Source: an uncultured Halobacteriales archaeon (GTDB lineage Archaea > Halobacteriota > Halobacteria > Halobacteriales > Hikarchaeaceae). Taken from it: a DNA stretch of 64,000 bases. Position numbers and translations under genes: made by a program. Position 1 is the first letter of the stretch. Each line of letters opens with the position of its first letter. Below, piece by piece: positions 27,981-37,041 of the stretch. The notes below the pieces were generated by a model. The model worked only from the letters and a program-made list of their open reading frames with translations. It did not search any database and was not told the DNA's origin. The DNA lies in NCBI GenBank assembly GCA_964554565.1, contig CAZKPC010000002.1:14175-78174 (forward strand). The letters run 5' to 3'.

Positions 27981-29273
27981 ATGCACGTCAGTATCGTCGG
28001 CTCCGGGTATGTGGGCACCACTGTAGCGGCCTGTCTCGCGGATTTGGGGCATGACGTCACGGCGATTGATGTCGACGTGGACGTCGTCGCCACGATCAAC
28101 GACGGCCGCTCGCCGATTGCCGAACCGGACCTCGAACCGCTGCTGGCCGAGCACGCCGGCGAACGGCTTCACGCGACGACCGATTACGGGGCGGTCCGGG
28201 ACACCGAGCTGACGATGTTGGCCCTCCCGACACCATCGAACAGCGACGGGAGCATCGATACCTCGATCATCGAGGCCGGCGCGCAGTCCCTGGGGGAAGC
28301 GCTGGCCACCAAATCAGCGCCTCACACGGTCGTGGTCAAGTCGACGGTGATCCCGGGGACCACTGAAGACCTCCTCGGTCCGCTGCTCGAGGAAGCCTCC
28401 GGGAAGCCGTTAGGCGCGGACCTCGCCGTGGCCGCCAACCCGGAATTTCAACGGGAAGGCAGCGCGGTCAGAGATTTCCTCGAACCGGACAAGATCGTCA
28501 TCGGCACGACCCATGATCGGGCGGCCAGAGCGCTCGAATCGTTGTACGAGCCGCTCCTGGAACGGCACGAAATCCCAGTGGTCCACACCGGTTCCCGGGA
28601 GGCCGAGATGATCAAGTACGCCAACAACGCCTTTCTGGCCTCGAAGGTCTCGCTCATCAACGATCTCGGGAACATCTGTAAGGAACTCGGCGTCGACACC
28701 TACGAGGTCGCGGAGGCGATCGGCCTCGACCACCGAATCGGGGCGAAGTTCCTCCGGAGCGGCCTCGGGTTCGGTGGTTCTTGTTTCCCGAAAGACACGA
28801 ACGCCCTCATCGCCGCGGCCAAGGATCACGACTACGACCCGGCGATGCTGGAAGCGGCGGTTGCAGTCAACGACCGTCAGCCCCAGCGACTCCTCGCGCT
28901 GATGGATCAGCACGTGGACGTGGCCGGCGAACGTGTCGCCGTCCTGGGACTGGCGTTCAAACCGGGGACCGACGACGTCCGGAACGCCCGGGCGGTTCCC
29001 GTCATCGTCGGCCTGCTCGAACGCGGTGCTGAGGTCGTGGCGTACGACCCGGTGGCGGCTGAGGCCATGCGTGAGCAGTTCCCGAGCATCACTTACGCGG
29101 ATTCGCCCGGCACGGCTCTCGATGATGCGGTCGCGGCCCTGATCGTCACCGAATGGGATGAGATCCGCGCTCTCGATTCCGAGTTCGACAGGATGGCTTC
29201 ACCCGTCGTCGTGGACGGTCGACACGCCATCGAACGTCGCGAGGGGCTCGTCTACGAAGGCCTCACGTGGTAA
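27981..29273 (+). CDS. UDP-glucose/GDP-mannose dehydrogenase family (nucleotide-sugar 6-dehydrogenase)
   Basis: [26 protein letters not shown]...[10 protein letters not shown] catalytic Cys motif. Start trimmed from ORF 27687 to the ATG at 27981. Confidence 0.9.
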   Translation: MHVSIVGSGYVGTTVAACLADLGHDVTAIDVDVDVVATINDGRSPIAEPDLEPLLAEHAGERLHATTDYGAVRDTELTMLALPTPSNSDGSIDTSIIEAGAQSLGEALATKSAPHTVVVKSTVIPGTTEDLLGPLLEEASGKPLGADLAVAANPEFQREGSAVRDFLEPDKIVIGTTHDRAARALESLYEPLLERHEIPVVHTGSREAEMIKYANNAFLASKVSLINDLGNICKELGVDTYEVAEAIGLDHRIGAKFLRSGLGFGGSCFPKDTNALIAAAKDHDYDPAMLEAAVAVNDRQPQRLLALMDQHVDVAGERVAVLGLAFKPGTDDVRNARAVPVIVGLLERGAEVVAYDPVAAEAMREQFPSITYADSPGTALDDAVAALIVTEWDEIRALDSEFDRMASPVVVDGRHAIERREGLVYEGLTW

Positions 29274-29408
29274 CGTCGGGGCGGTCTGAGCCCCGGACCG
29301 CTGTCCCGCCGGCTGCAGACGACGTAGCGCGCGCCGAACCAGCTCGTTCGGCGGCACGATGTCAGCCGACGCGCAAGTATAACAAGAGCCAGCCCCTGAC
29401 AACTCCGC

Positions 29409-30008
29409 ATGCCGCTTGCGGACCGTGGCTGTGGAGACCTCCATGCGCTCCATGTAGCGGCCCGGGATGGCGACCCGGAAGCCGTGGACCGCGCCTGGGA
29501 GGCCATCAATGCGAACCAGGTTCACGTTGAGGGAGAGCGCTACGAGGCGATCGCGGCGGCCTTGGACGACGCCGACTACGCTCGGGTCACCGAGCTGACC
29601 GCGGCTGTCCTCTTCGGTGAGGACGAGCATCCGCAGCTCGATGGCCGACTCGCCGGGATCGTCGGAACCTTCCTGCACGCGTTCGGCTACCTCGCCGGGT
29701 ACGTTCTTTTCTACCGAGCCCATTCCCCTGAGTCGGTAATGCAGCGGCTCCGCTGGGCGTACCGCACCGTCGGTGTCGACATCCGCGACACCGAAACCAT
29801 CGACGGGATCGAGCGGACCGTGTTCCGGTGCCCGTACCGCGATCTCGGGGCGGACCGGTGGGGGGAGCGACGGGCCTGTCACGACGTGCTCGACCGGGTG
29901 GATGACGGGTACGTGACCTACCTCGATCGGCACCGGGACGTCGACTATCAACGGCCGCGGGCCTGCACCGCCTCGGCCTGTTGTCACTCCGAGGTCGCCG
30001 AGCAGTGA
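29409..30008 (+). CDS. Cys-rich hypothetical protein (possibly L-2-amino-thiazoline-4-carboxylate-hydrolase-like)
   Basis: 199-aa ORF with coding-like bias. FRCPYRDLG...ACHDVLDRVDDGY...ACTASACCHSEV. The family assignment is from memory only. The start is uncertain. Confidence 0.5.
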   Translation: MPLADRGCGDLHALHVAARDGDPEAVDRAWEAINANQVHVEGERYEAIAAALDDADYARVTELTAAVLFGEDEHPQLDGRLAGIVGTFLHAFGYLAGYVLFYRAHSPESVMQRLRWAYRTVGVDIRDTETIDGIERTVFRCPYRDLGADRWGERRACHDVLDRVDDGYVTYLDRHRDVDYQRPRACTASACCHSEVAEQ

Positions 30009-30718
30009 CCACGCCCCCGGAGGATCACGAGGCCGAGCCCGGGCTGCATAGCGGGAGCTCGGTGGACGCTGTCCAGTCGTTATACGACCAATGGGCCCGG
30101 TTCTACGACTGGAACCCGCTCCTCGATCTCGTCCGACCCGCCCGACGGCGCACCATCGATCGGATGGGGCTCTCGCCCGGCGATACCGTGGTCGACATGG
30201 GCACGGGGACCGGAGCGAACCTCCCGCTGCTCCGGGAAGCTGTAGGCCCGACCGGAGAAGTGATCGGGATCGATATCAGCCCGAAGATGCTCGAACGAGC
30301 CCGTGCGAGAGTCGGGCGCGAGGACTGGGCCAACGTGACCGTCGTCGAGGCCGATATCCGGGAGCCGCCGCTGGATCAGCCCGTCGACGGCCTCCTCTCC
30401 ACGTTCGTGATCGTCATGTACGCGGATCCAGCCGAACTCATCGGCACCTGGAGTCGGTTCGTGTCGGATGGTTGCCTGGCCAACCTGTATGCCGGGCCGA
30501 GCGACCGTCTCTACGGTCCCCTGCTGAACCCGCTACTCTCCCTGTATTTACGGGTCTTCGAGGAGGGCTGGAACACCGCGGACACGGACGCGGGCCCGTT
30601 GGACGTGCTCGCTACACGGGGGGACCGAGCCCGCGCCGCCCTCCGACGACGGGTCGATACGTTCGACGCCGACTCGTACGTCCTCGGACTCGCTCAACTC
30701 GATCTGGGCCGGCTGTGA
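30005..30718 (+). CDS. class I SAM-dependent methyltransferase
   Basis: VVDMGTGTGANL (motif I). The GTG at 30005 overlaps the upstream stop (GTGA). The ORF-track start is 29981. Confidence 0.8.
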   Translation: MTTPPEDHEAEPGLHSGSSVDAVQSLYDQWARFYDWNPLLDLVRPARRRTIDRMGLSPGDTVVDMGTGTGANLPLLREAVGPTGEVIGIDISPKMLERARARVGREDWANVTVVEADIREPPLDQPVDGLLSTFVIVMYADPAELIGTWSRFVSDGCLANLYAGPSDRLYGPLLNPLLSLYLRVFEEGWNTADTDAGPLDVLATRGDRARAALRRRVDTFDADSYVLGLAQLDLGRL

Positions 30719-30854
30719 TTCGATCGGGCGGTGAACCCACCGCCTGACGGCCACCCCAGACCGGAGCTGGCTCCGAGCCGCATCGGTGGAGGGGTTATAG
30801 TCTTGTATTATCTTACCACAACCGTTATTACCAGCGGTCGTCAATCCTACAGTA

Positions 30855-31289
30855 ATGAGTGACGCCGACGACCTGGATTCGATCCGAAAGCAGAAGCTCG
30901 AAGAACTCCAACAGCGCACCGACGGTCCGACTTCCGGGTCGGGGCACGCGGCCGGGAGTCCCGCGGCACCGGCGGAGCCAGTCCACATCGAAAGCAAACA
31001 GGACTTGACGCGGCTGACCGCTGAACAGCGCATCGTCCTGGCGGATTTCTATGCGGACTGGTGTGGGCCCTGTCAAATGCTGGAACCGACGGTCCGTGAG
31101 ATCGCCCAGAATACCGCCGCGGCCGTTGCCAAAATCGACATCGACGCGCTGCCACAGCTCGCGCAGGAGCTGCGGGTGCAGGGCGTCCCTTCCCTGTTCC
31201 TCTATGTCGACGGCGAGCCGGTCGAACGAATGGTCGGAGTGCAGGACTACGGCACCCTCGAGGGTCTCATCGAGCAATACGCGGCCTGA
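30855..31289 (+). CDS. trxA: thioredoxin
   Basis: ADFYADWCGPCQMLEP (WCGPC active site), with an acidic N-terminal extension. Confidence 0.9.
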   Translation: MSDADDLDSIRKQKLEELQQRTDGPTSGSGHAAGSPAAPAEPVHIESKQDLTRLTAEQRIVLADFYADWCGPCQMLEPTVREIAQNTAAAVAKIDIDALPQLAQELRVQGVPSLFLYVDGEPVERMVGVQDYGTLEGLIEQYAA

Positions 31290-31351
31290 ACGCTAGGTAT
31301 TCCCGCGGGACACGCGTTGGACTTACGGCCCGCGCCCGTCTAGTTCCGCAC

Positions 31352-32731
31352 ATGACCGACGCTCAGGCCGTCGAGACTCCCGAGTTCGGCAGCGTGTCGC
31401 GTGCGGATCTCGGCCTGTTCACCGACATGTACGAACTCACGATGGCCCAGGGATACCTGTCGGCCGATCACACTCCACGGGCGACGTTCGACCTGTTCGT
31501 CCGCGAGCTCCCTCCCGATCGTGGCTACCTCGTCGCTGCGGGACTCGAGCAGGTCATCGCCTACCTTGAGGGCATCGAGTTCCGGGAAACGGCCATCGAC
31601 TTCCTCCGGGACGAGGGGTTCGAGACGCCCTTCCTCGAGTGGCTGTCCGGGTTCGAGTTCACCGGGGATGTGCGAGCCCTGCCAGAAGGGACCCCGGTGT
31701 TCCCGGACGAGCCGATCGTGGAGGTGACCGCGCCGATCCCCCAGGCCCAGCTGTTCGAGACCCTCTTCATCAACCAGGTGGGCTATCAAACTCTCGTCGC
31801 CACCAAGGCGGCCCGGATGCGAGACGTCGTGCAGCGACACGGCGACGACCAATCCCTGGTCGATTTCGGCACCCGCCGCGCCCACGGGACCGACGCCGGG
31901 CTCAAGCTCGGCCGGGCAGCCTTCATCGGCGGGTTCGACGGCACTTCGAACACCCTCACTGGCGAGCGGTTCGGCGTACCGGTCTACGGCACCATGGCCC
32001 ATTCCTGGATCCAGAGCTTCGAGAACGAGCGGGCCGCGTTCGAGGCCTTCGTGGACGAGTATGGCGAGGACTCGATCCTCCTGGTGGATACGTACGACAC
32101 GATCCGGGGCCTCGAGCTGGCCGAGGATGTAGCGGCGGAGCGAGGCGTCGACATCACCGGCGTCCGACTGGATTCGGGCGACCTCGTGGAGCTGTCGAAG
32201 GCGGCCGCTGAGAAGCTGCCCGATTCGATGGGCGTCTTCGTGTCCTCCGGAATGGACGAGTACCGGATCAAGGAGTTCCTCGACGCCGACGGGGTGGCGA
32301 CCGGTTTCGGCCCCGGGACCGCGCTGGCCACGAGTGCGGACGCCCCGAAGCTGGAGATCGTGTACAAGCTGGTGGGCGTCGAACGCGACGGCGAGCTCGA
32401 ACCGACGATGAAGCTCTCGAAGGGCAAGCAGACCTATCCCGGACAGAAGGCGATCCGGCGGGTCGAGGGCCCGGACGGCTACGAACGCGACGTGCTCGGG
32501 CTGCGCGAGGAGATCGGGGACGGGGACTTGCTCGTCGACGTCTATCGCGACGGCGAGTTAGTCTACGACACCCCGGACCTCGAAGAGATCAAGCGGCGGG
32601 TGGCCGAGGAGCTGCAGAAGCTCCCGCTCGCAACCCGGGCGATCGAAGGCCCCGAGTCGTATCCCGTCGAAATCACCGACGGCTTGCAGCGGGCGGTGGA
32701 GGGGTTCACGGCGGACCCGCCGACGATGTGA
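31352..32731 (+). CDS. pncB: nicotinate phosphoribosyltransferase
   Basis: 459 aa. LFTDMYELTMAQGY...GTMAHSWIQSF...LLVDTYDT motifs. Confidence 0.9.
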   Translation: MTDAQAVETPEFGSVSRADLGLFTDMYELTMAQGYLSADHTPRATFDLFVRELPPDRGYLVAAGLEQVIAYLEGIEFRETAIDFLRDEGFETPFLEWLSGFEFTGDVRALPEGTPVFPDEPIVEVTAPIPQAQLFETLFINQVGYQTLVATKAARMRDVVQRHGDDQSLVDFGTRRAHGTDAGLKLGRAAFIGGFDGTSNTLTGERFGVPVYGTMAHSWIQSFENERAAFEAFVDEYGEDSILLVDTYDTIRGLELAEDVAAERGVDITGVRLDSGDLVELSKAAAEKLPDSMGVFVSSGMDEYRIKEFLDADGVATGFGPGTALATSADAPKLEIVYKLVGVERDGELEPTMKLSKGKQTYPGQKAIRRVEGPDGYERDVLGLREEIGDGDLLVDVYRDGELVYDTPDLEEIKRRVAEELQKLPLATRAIEGPESYPVEITDGLQRAVEGFTADPPTM

Positions 32732-32946
32732 CCACGCAGGGACGGAGCTGATCCGCCGATCGTTAGCACCATCGGGCCCGCCTGGGTTGTAAGCCTCGCG
32801 TCGATCGGCTAGATCGACCCATATCGGCCCATTTCGAATCCCGACTGGCTCGTGCAATCGAGTGCCGGGATGCGTCTACCGTCCGACCCAGCAGCGGGTC
32901 GGATCAGGCTCCTCGCCAACCCCAATGACAACACGCTCCGAGACTA

Positions 32947-32995
32947 TCATCGAACGATGGTCAGATTATCTTGTCTCTCATCGAGAAATGGTCAG
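32947..32995 (+). promoter_or_regulatory. two 18-nt direct repeats (TCATCGA-NNN-ATGGTCAG), 31 nt apart, upstream of paaA
   Basis: tcatcgaacgatggtcag at 32947-32964 and tcatcgagaaatggtcag at 32978-32995, 15/18 identical. They lie 61-109 nt upstream of the paaA ATG and flank an AT-rich attatc. Confidence 0.35.
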
Positions 32996-33055
32996 CGAAC
33001 CGGGCGGTAGAAAGGGCTTTTACTGTCCACTGCGTACCAAAACCCAACCAGATCA

Positions 33056-33976
33056 ATGCCGTCCGAAGCCCAGTTCAAAGAGGAGCTCCAGAACGGCCGG
33101 ATGATCGAGTCGCCGGAGGAGATGACGGAAGGCTACGAGGAGGCGCTCAAAACGATCCTCTTGGTGTCCGGTGACACCGAGCTCATGAGCGCCCCGGCGT
33201 ACTACGAACCGTCTCTGAACGCGCCGACGCTGAACGCCCGGGCCTCCTGCGTGAGCGTCATTCAGGACGAGCTCGGACACGCGCACTACTGCTATCGGCT
33301 GCTCGAGGACCTCGGCATGGACACTCACGAGCTGCTTTACGAACGCGAGCCCCACGAGTTCCGGAACACCTACGGGTTCGATCAGCCCCTCGACAACTTC
33401 GCCGAACTCGTCACCGCCCACGGGTTCTGGGATCGGGCGGGCATCGTCCTCCTCTCGGACATCCACGAGAACACGTCCTACGGCCCCTGGAAACGGGCCC
33501 TCCGGAAGGTCGACAAGGAGGAGCAGTTCCACCTGCGCCACGGGGAGACCTGGATGCGCCGGCTCGCGAACAAGGGTGGCGAAGCCCGCGAGAAGGTTCA
33601 GCGCGCGGTGGACTGGATGTTCCCCATCGCCATCGAGTGGTTCGGGCTCCCGGACGACATGAAGAAACACGACGACCAGCTCGAGTACCGGATCAAGGGG
33701 ATGACCAACGACGAGCTCCGCCAGAAGTGGATGGACTCGGCCGTCCCACTCTGTGAGGAGATCGGGATCGACGTGCCGGCCCATTACGACGAGGACGAGG
33801 GAGAGTACGTCGTGGAATACGATTTCCCCGTCGCCTTCGACGAGGAGAACAAACGGTGGCACTTCGACGAACCGATCTCCTGGGGCGACGTGATGGACCG
33901 CTGGCAAGCTCGGGGCCCGGCCAACGAGCGCTACGTCGAGATGCTCCAATCCGGGCAAGTGCAAGTCGGCGTATGA
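33056..33976 (+). CDS. paaA: 1,2-phenylacetyl-CoA epoxidase subunit A
   Basis: 306 aa. Di-iron ligand regions VIQDELGHAHYCYRLLEDLG and KVDKEEQFHLRHGETWMRRL. Confidence 0.9.
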   Translation: MPSEAQFKEELQNGRMIESPEEMTEGYEEALKTILLVSGDTELMSAPAYYEPSLNAPTLNARASCVSVIQDELGHAHYCYRLLEDLGMDTHELLYEREPHEFRNTYGFDQPLDNFAELVTAHGFWDRAGIVLLSDIHENTSYGPWKRALRKVDKEEQFHLRHGETWMRRLANKGGEAREKVQRAVDWMFPIAIEWFGLPDDMKKHDDQLEYRIKGMTNDELRQKWMDSAVPLCEEIGIDVPAHYDEDEGEYVVEYDFPVAFDEENKRWHFDEPISWGDVMDRWQARGPANERYVEMLQSGQVQVGV

Positions 33977-34341
33977 GCACGGTCGACGCCGCGGGAACTG
34001 ACGACGTGCCGGGGCCGGACGAGACCGCGACGGCGCTCGAGCGGGAGCTCTGGGCGGCCATCGACGGGGTGCCGGATCCACACATGCCGGTCAGCATCGT
34101 GGAACTGGGGATGGTCTACGCCGTCCAGGCCGAGGGCGAGACCGTCACGGTCGAGATGACGTATCCCTGTATGGGCTGTCCGGCCTACGACATGATCCAG
34201 GAGGACGTCCGAGAGGCTGCGCGATCGGTCGATCCGATCGAGCAAGTCGAGATCGAGATCGTGTGGGATCCGGTCTGGTCCAAGGACATGCTGGCCCCGG
34301 AGGTCAGAGATCAGCTCGGGGACTGGGGGATCGCCGTATGA
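33973..34341 (+). CDS. paaD: PaaD-like DUF59 (Fe-S assembly-type) domain protein, without the zinc-ribbon half
   Basis: LWAAIDGVPDPHMPVSIVELGMVYAV...TYPCMGCPA. ATGA overlap with the paaA stop. Confidence 0.8.
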   Translation: MSTVDAAGTDDVPGPDETATALERELWAAIDGVPDPHMPVSIVELGMVYAVQAEGETVTVEMTYPCMGCPAYDMIQEDVREAARSVDPIEQVEIEIVWDPVWSKDMLAPEVRDQLGDWGIAV

Positions 34342-34550
34342 ACTACCGGGTCTTCGCGCGCATCAACAAGGGTGACGACACCGTAGAGATCGGCGGCGTC
34401 GAAGCGCCGAACGATCGCCTCGCCCGTGTCTACGCCTTCCGGATGTACGACGAGGAAGACTGGGACTACCTCGCGGTCGTCCACGAGGACGACGTGATCG
34501 AAGTCGACGTCGAGAACCCACCGACGGTGCCCGGAGAGGAGGCAAAATGA
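34338..34550 (+). CDS. paaB: 1,2-phenylacetyl-CoA epoxidase subunit B
   Basis: MNYRVFARINKGDDTVEIGGVEAPNDRLARVYAFRMYDEEDW... ATGA overlap with the upstream stop. Confidence 0.85.
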   Translation: MNYRVFARINKGDDTVEIGGVEAPNDRLARVYAFRMYDEEDWDYLAVVHEDDVIEVDVENPPTVPGEEAK

Positions 34551-35314
34551 GCGACGGATGGCCCGAACCGGCGGTCGACTTCGTGCAAGCGATCGCCGAC
34601 ACGAAACTCGTGTTGAGCCACCGGTACGCCCAGTGGTCGCTGGCGGGACCGAGCTTGGAGGACGATATCGGCGGTGCCTCGGCGGCCCAGGAGGAGATCG
34701 GCCATGCCCGGCAGCTGTTCCGGTTGCTCGAACAGCAGGGTCGCGACGGCGACTGGCTGCGGGGGGACCGCGGGGCGGAGGAGTTCGCGAACGCCGCCTC
34801 CCTCGACCACGTCGGTGACGACTGGGTCTCCTTCATCGGCGCGGTCGGTCCGGCCGATCGGGCCGCGTGGTACCTGCTGGACGCCATCGAGCACGACGAC
34901 TTCGGTGGGCTGGTGACCAAGATGGGCGAGGACGAGTACTTCCACCTCGAATACCACGATGCCCGGCTGCAGACCTTGGCGGCGGAACAGCCCCAGGCCG
35001 TCCAGTCCGTGCTCGAAACCGCCATTCCAGCCGCCCTGGCGATGATCGGTCCCGCGACCCACACCGAGGAAGAGGACCCCGTCTACGCCTCAGGGTTCAC
35101 GACACGGTCGGTGGCCGAACTCCGGGACGCGTTTGCGGATCACTACCGCGACCTGTTTTCCGACACCGCGATCTCCGCGGACGCGTTCGAGTGGGATGCT
35201 CCTTCGGCCGAAGCGTGGGACGAGAGTCGCCGACGGGCCGACCCCGGCGGCCTGGACCAGGCTGACCTCGAGATGCTCCGGGGGAGTGCGAGCCAGGAGT
35301 TCGTCGTCGAATGA
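34547..35314 (+). CDS. paaC: 1,2-phenylacetyl-CoA epoxidase subunit C
   Basis: 255 aa. IADTKLVLSHRYAQWSLAGPSLEDDIGGASAAQEEIGHARQLF. ATGA overlap with paaB. Confidence 0.85.
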   Translation: MSDGWPEPAVDFVQAIADTKLVLSHRYAQWSLAGPSLEDDIGGASAAQEEIGHARQLFRLLEQQGRDGDWLRGDRGAEEFANAASLDHVGDDWVSFIGAVGPADRAAWYLLDAIEHDDFGGLVTKMGEDEYFHLEYHDARLQTLAAEQPQAVQSVLETAIPAALAMIGPATHTEEEDPVYASGFTTRSVAELRDAFADHYRDLFSDTAISADAFEWDAPSAEAWDESRRRADPGGLDQADLEMLRGSASQEFVVE

Positions 35315-35487
35315 CCACGGAGGCCGAAGCCCCGCAGGTCAGCTGCCCGTTCTGCGACTCCCGGGACGTCGAGCGGCTGTCGCGCTTCGGCACCGAGATC
35401 TCCAAACAGGCCTATCGCTGCCGGGACTGTCAGGCCCCGTTCGAGCGGTTGAAGTACGACGGCCAGCAGCCGGATACCGGCCGCTGA
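35311..35487 (+). CDS. 58-aa PaaD-type zinc-ribbon protein (not in the ORF track)
   Basis: Own translation: MTTEAEAPQVSCPFCDSRDVERLSRFGTEISKQAYRCRDCQAPFERLKYDGQQPDTGR. It resembles the C-terminal CPxCGS...FG...YRCxxCxxPFxxFK ribbon of bacterial PaaD. ATGA overlap with paaC. Confidence 0.7.
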   Translation: MTTEAEAPQVSCPFCDSRDVERLSRFGTEISKQAYRCRDCQAPFERLKYDGQQPDTGR

Positions 35488-35503
35488 TGGGATCGCTACT
35501 CGG

Positions 35504-35935
35504 TCACCCGAGCCGACGGAAATCCCAGGAGACCTCCCGGGTCGGCTCGAGGGCGATCTTGACGCGTTCGTGACCGCCGGCCTCGTTGATCGACTTCTCG
35601 GTCCCGAAGATGGCGCGCTCGACCGCTTTCTCGGTCGACCGATCCTCGACGACGTACGCCTCGCCACGCCACTGTAGGCCACGGTGCTCGTTGTAGTCAG
35701 CCGTGCCCCGGTCGACCACGGCGGCGGCCCGACCGGTCGCCGCGACGTTTCGGGTCTTCACTGAATCCGCATCGGTTTCGAAGTAGACGGTGCCGTCGAG
35801 CTCGGCGAAGGCGACCGGCACGACATGGGGGAGCCCGTCAGCATCAACCGAGGCGAACCGCATCACGTCGGCCTCCTCCAGAAGCGTTTGCCGGGCGTCA
35901 TCCGTGAGCGCGATCTTGCTGTAGTCCCGGGGCAT
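35504..35935 (-). CDS. pyridoxamine 5'-phosphate oxidase-family (FMN-binding split barrel) protein
   Basis: MPRDYSKIALTDDARQTLLEEADVMRFASVDADGLPHVVPVAFAELDGTVYFETD. Start trimmed to the ATG at 35935. Confidence 0.8.
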   Translation of the reverse strand: MPRDYSKIALTDDARQTLLEEADVMRFASVDADGLPHVVPVAFAELDGTVYFETDADSVKTRNVAATGRAAAVVDRGTADYNEHRGLQWRGEAYVVEDRSTEKAVERAIFGTEKSINEAGGHERVKIALEPTREVSWDFRRLG

Positions 35936-36042
35936 GGTCCAGCCAAAACCGGCGGGCCGGGAGTCGTTTTCGGGCCCGGAGCGGTTCCCATCGCGCCGGC
36001 AACGGTACCTATTTGGCCGTTCGAGCACTCCGCATAGCCACG

Positions 36043-36882
36043 ATGGACTCCTTCAGCGACCTCGACCTCGAGCACTTCACGACGGAGATGGATGGCTACG
36101 TGGGCGTGCTCCGATTGAACCGCCCGCCGGCGAACGCACACAACCTCGACGTCATCCTCCAGCTCCAGCGAGCGGTGGAGGCGATCCGGTTCGACGACGA
36201 GGTCCGGGTGGCCGTCTTGGGCAGCGAGAGCGAGAAGTTCTTCTCCTCGGGCTACGACATCTCGGCGATTCAGGAGGAATCGGGCACACACGTCGGTCGA
36301 GCGAGCCAGACGAGCAAGGAGGTCATCATGAAGATCCGGACCACGGATACCGTGTTCGTGGCCATGGTGAACGGCCACTGCATGGGGGGCGGTCTCGAGT
36401 TCGCGCTCGCGTGTGACTTCCGGTACGTCGGCGACGACGACAACTACCAGGTCGGCGTCCCGGAGATCGAGCTCGGCCTGATTCCCGGCGAGGCCGGCAC
36501 CCAGTTGCTTCCCCGCTATGCCGGACGGTCAACCGCCATGAAGCTCATGGCGACCGGCGAGCGGATCACGCCGGCCGAAGCGACGGACCTCGGGCTTTTC
36601 GACGAGCTCCGCCCGCCCGAGGATGTCGAGGAGGAGGCCATGGCGTTCGCGCACGAGCTCAGCGAGAAGCCGAACAAGGCGTTGGGCTTCGTGAAGCTGG
36701 CCGTGAACGAGGGCATGGAGCTCCCGTTGTGGGATGCGCTGGCTCACGAACGCGAACTCCAGAATCAGCTGTTCGACACGCCGGGCTCGATCGAGGGCGT
36801 CGATGCCTTCCTCGACAAACGAGAACCGGACTTCATCGAGGCGGAACTCGGGAGTGGCGCGCCAACGGTCGACGACGACTGA
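36043..36882 (+). CDS. enoyl-CoA hydratase/isomerase (crotonase family)
   Basis: VGVLRLNRPPANAH...FFSSGYDI...VAMVNGHCMGGGLEFALACDFR...PEIELGLIPGEAGTQ. Confidence 0.9.
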   Translation: MDSFSDLDLEHFTTEMDGYVGVLRLNRPPANAHNLDVILQLQRAVEAIRFDDEVRVAVLGSESEKFFSSGYDISAIQEESGTHVGRASQTSKEVIMKIRTTDTVFVAMVNGHCMGGGLEFALACDFRYVGDDDNYQVGVPEIELGLIPGEAGTQLLPRYAGRSTAMKLMATGERITPAEATDLGLFDELRPPEDVEEEAMAFAHELSEKPNKALGFVKLAVNEGMELPLWDALAHERELQNQLFDTPGSIEGVDAFLDKREPDFIEAELGSGAPTVDDD

Positions 36883-37041
36883 GTTCGGAAGCCCGCCGGC
36901 CGAGCCTGGATTGTGCCAGCGTCGTTCCCTCGGTAACGGAGCGCAGGGCCCAGGACGGTCTTCCGGCCCAAACCCTCCGCCGGCCACCGGGGGTGGCAGG
37001 ACCAAGAAGACTCATCCCACCGGCCGGCCAGCATCGACGTG

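Noticed and set aside
29199-29987. 262-aa minus-strand ORF
   Set aside because: It overlaps the 3' end of the nucleotide-sugar dehydrogenase and is antisense to the Cys-rich ORF. Its composition is Arg/Pro/Val-rich and not acidic. The plus-strand ORF is coupled by GTGA to the methyltransferase. Some residual doubt is noted in the findings.
33053-34081. 342-aa minus-strand ORF
   Set aside because: It is antisense to paaA, which has unambiguous di-iron motifs.
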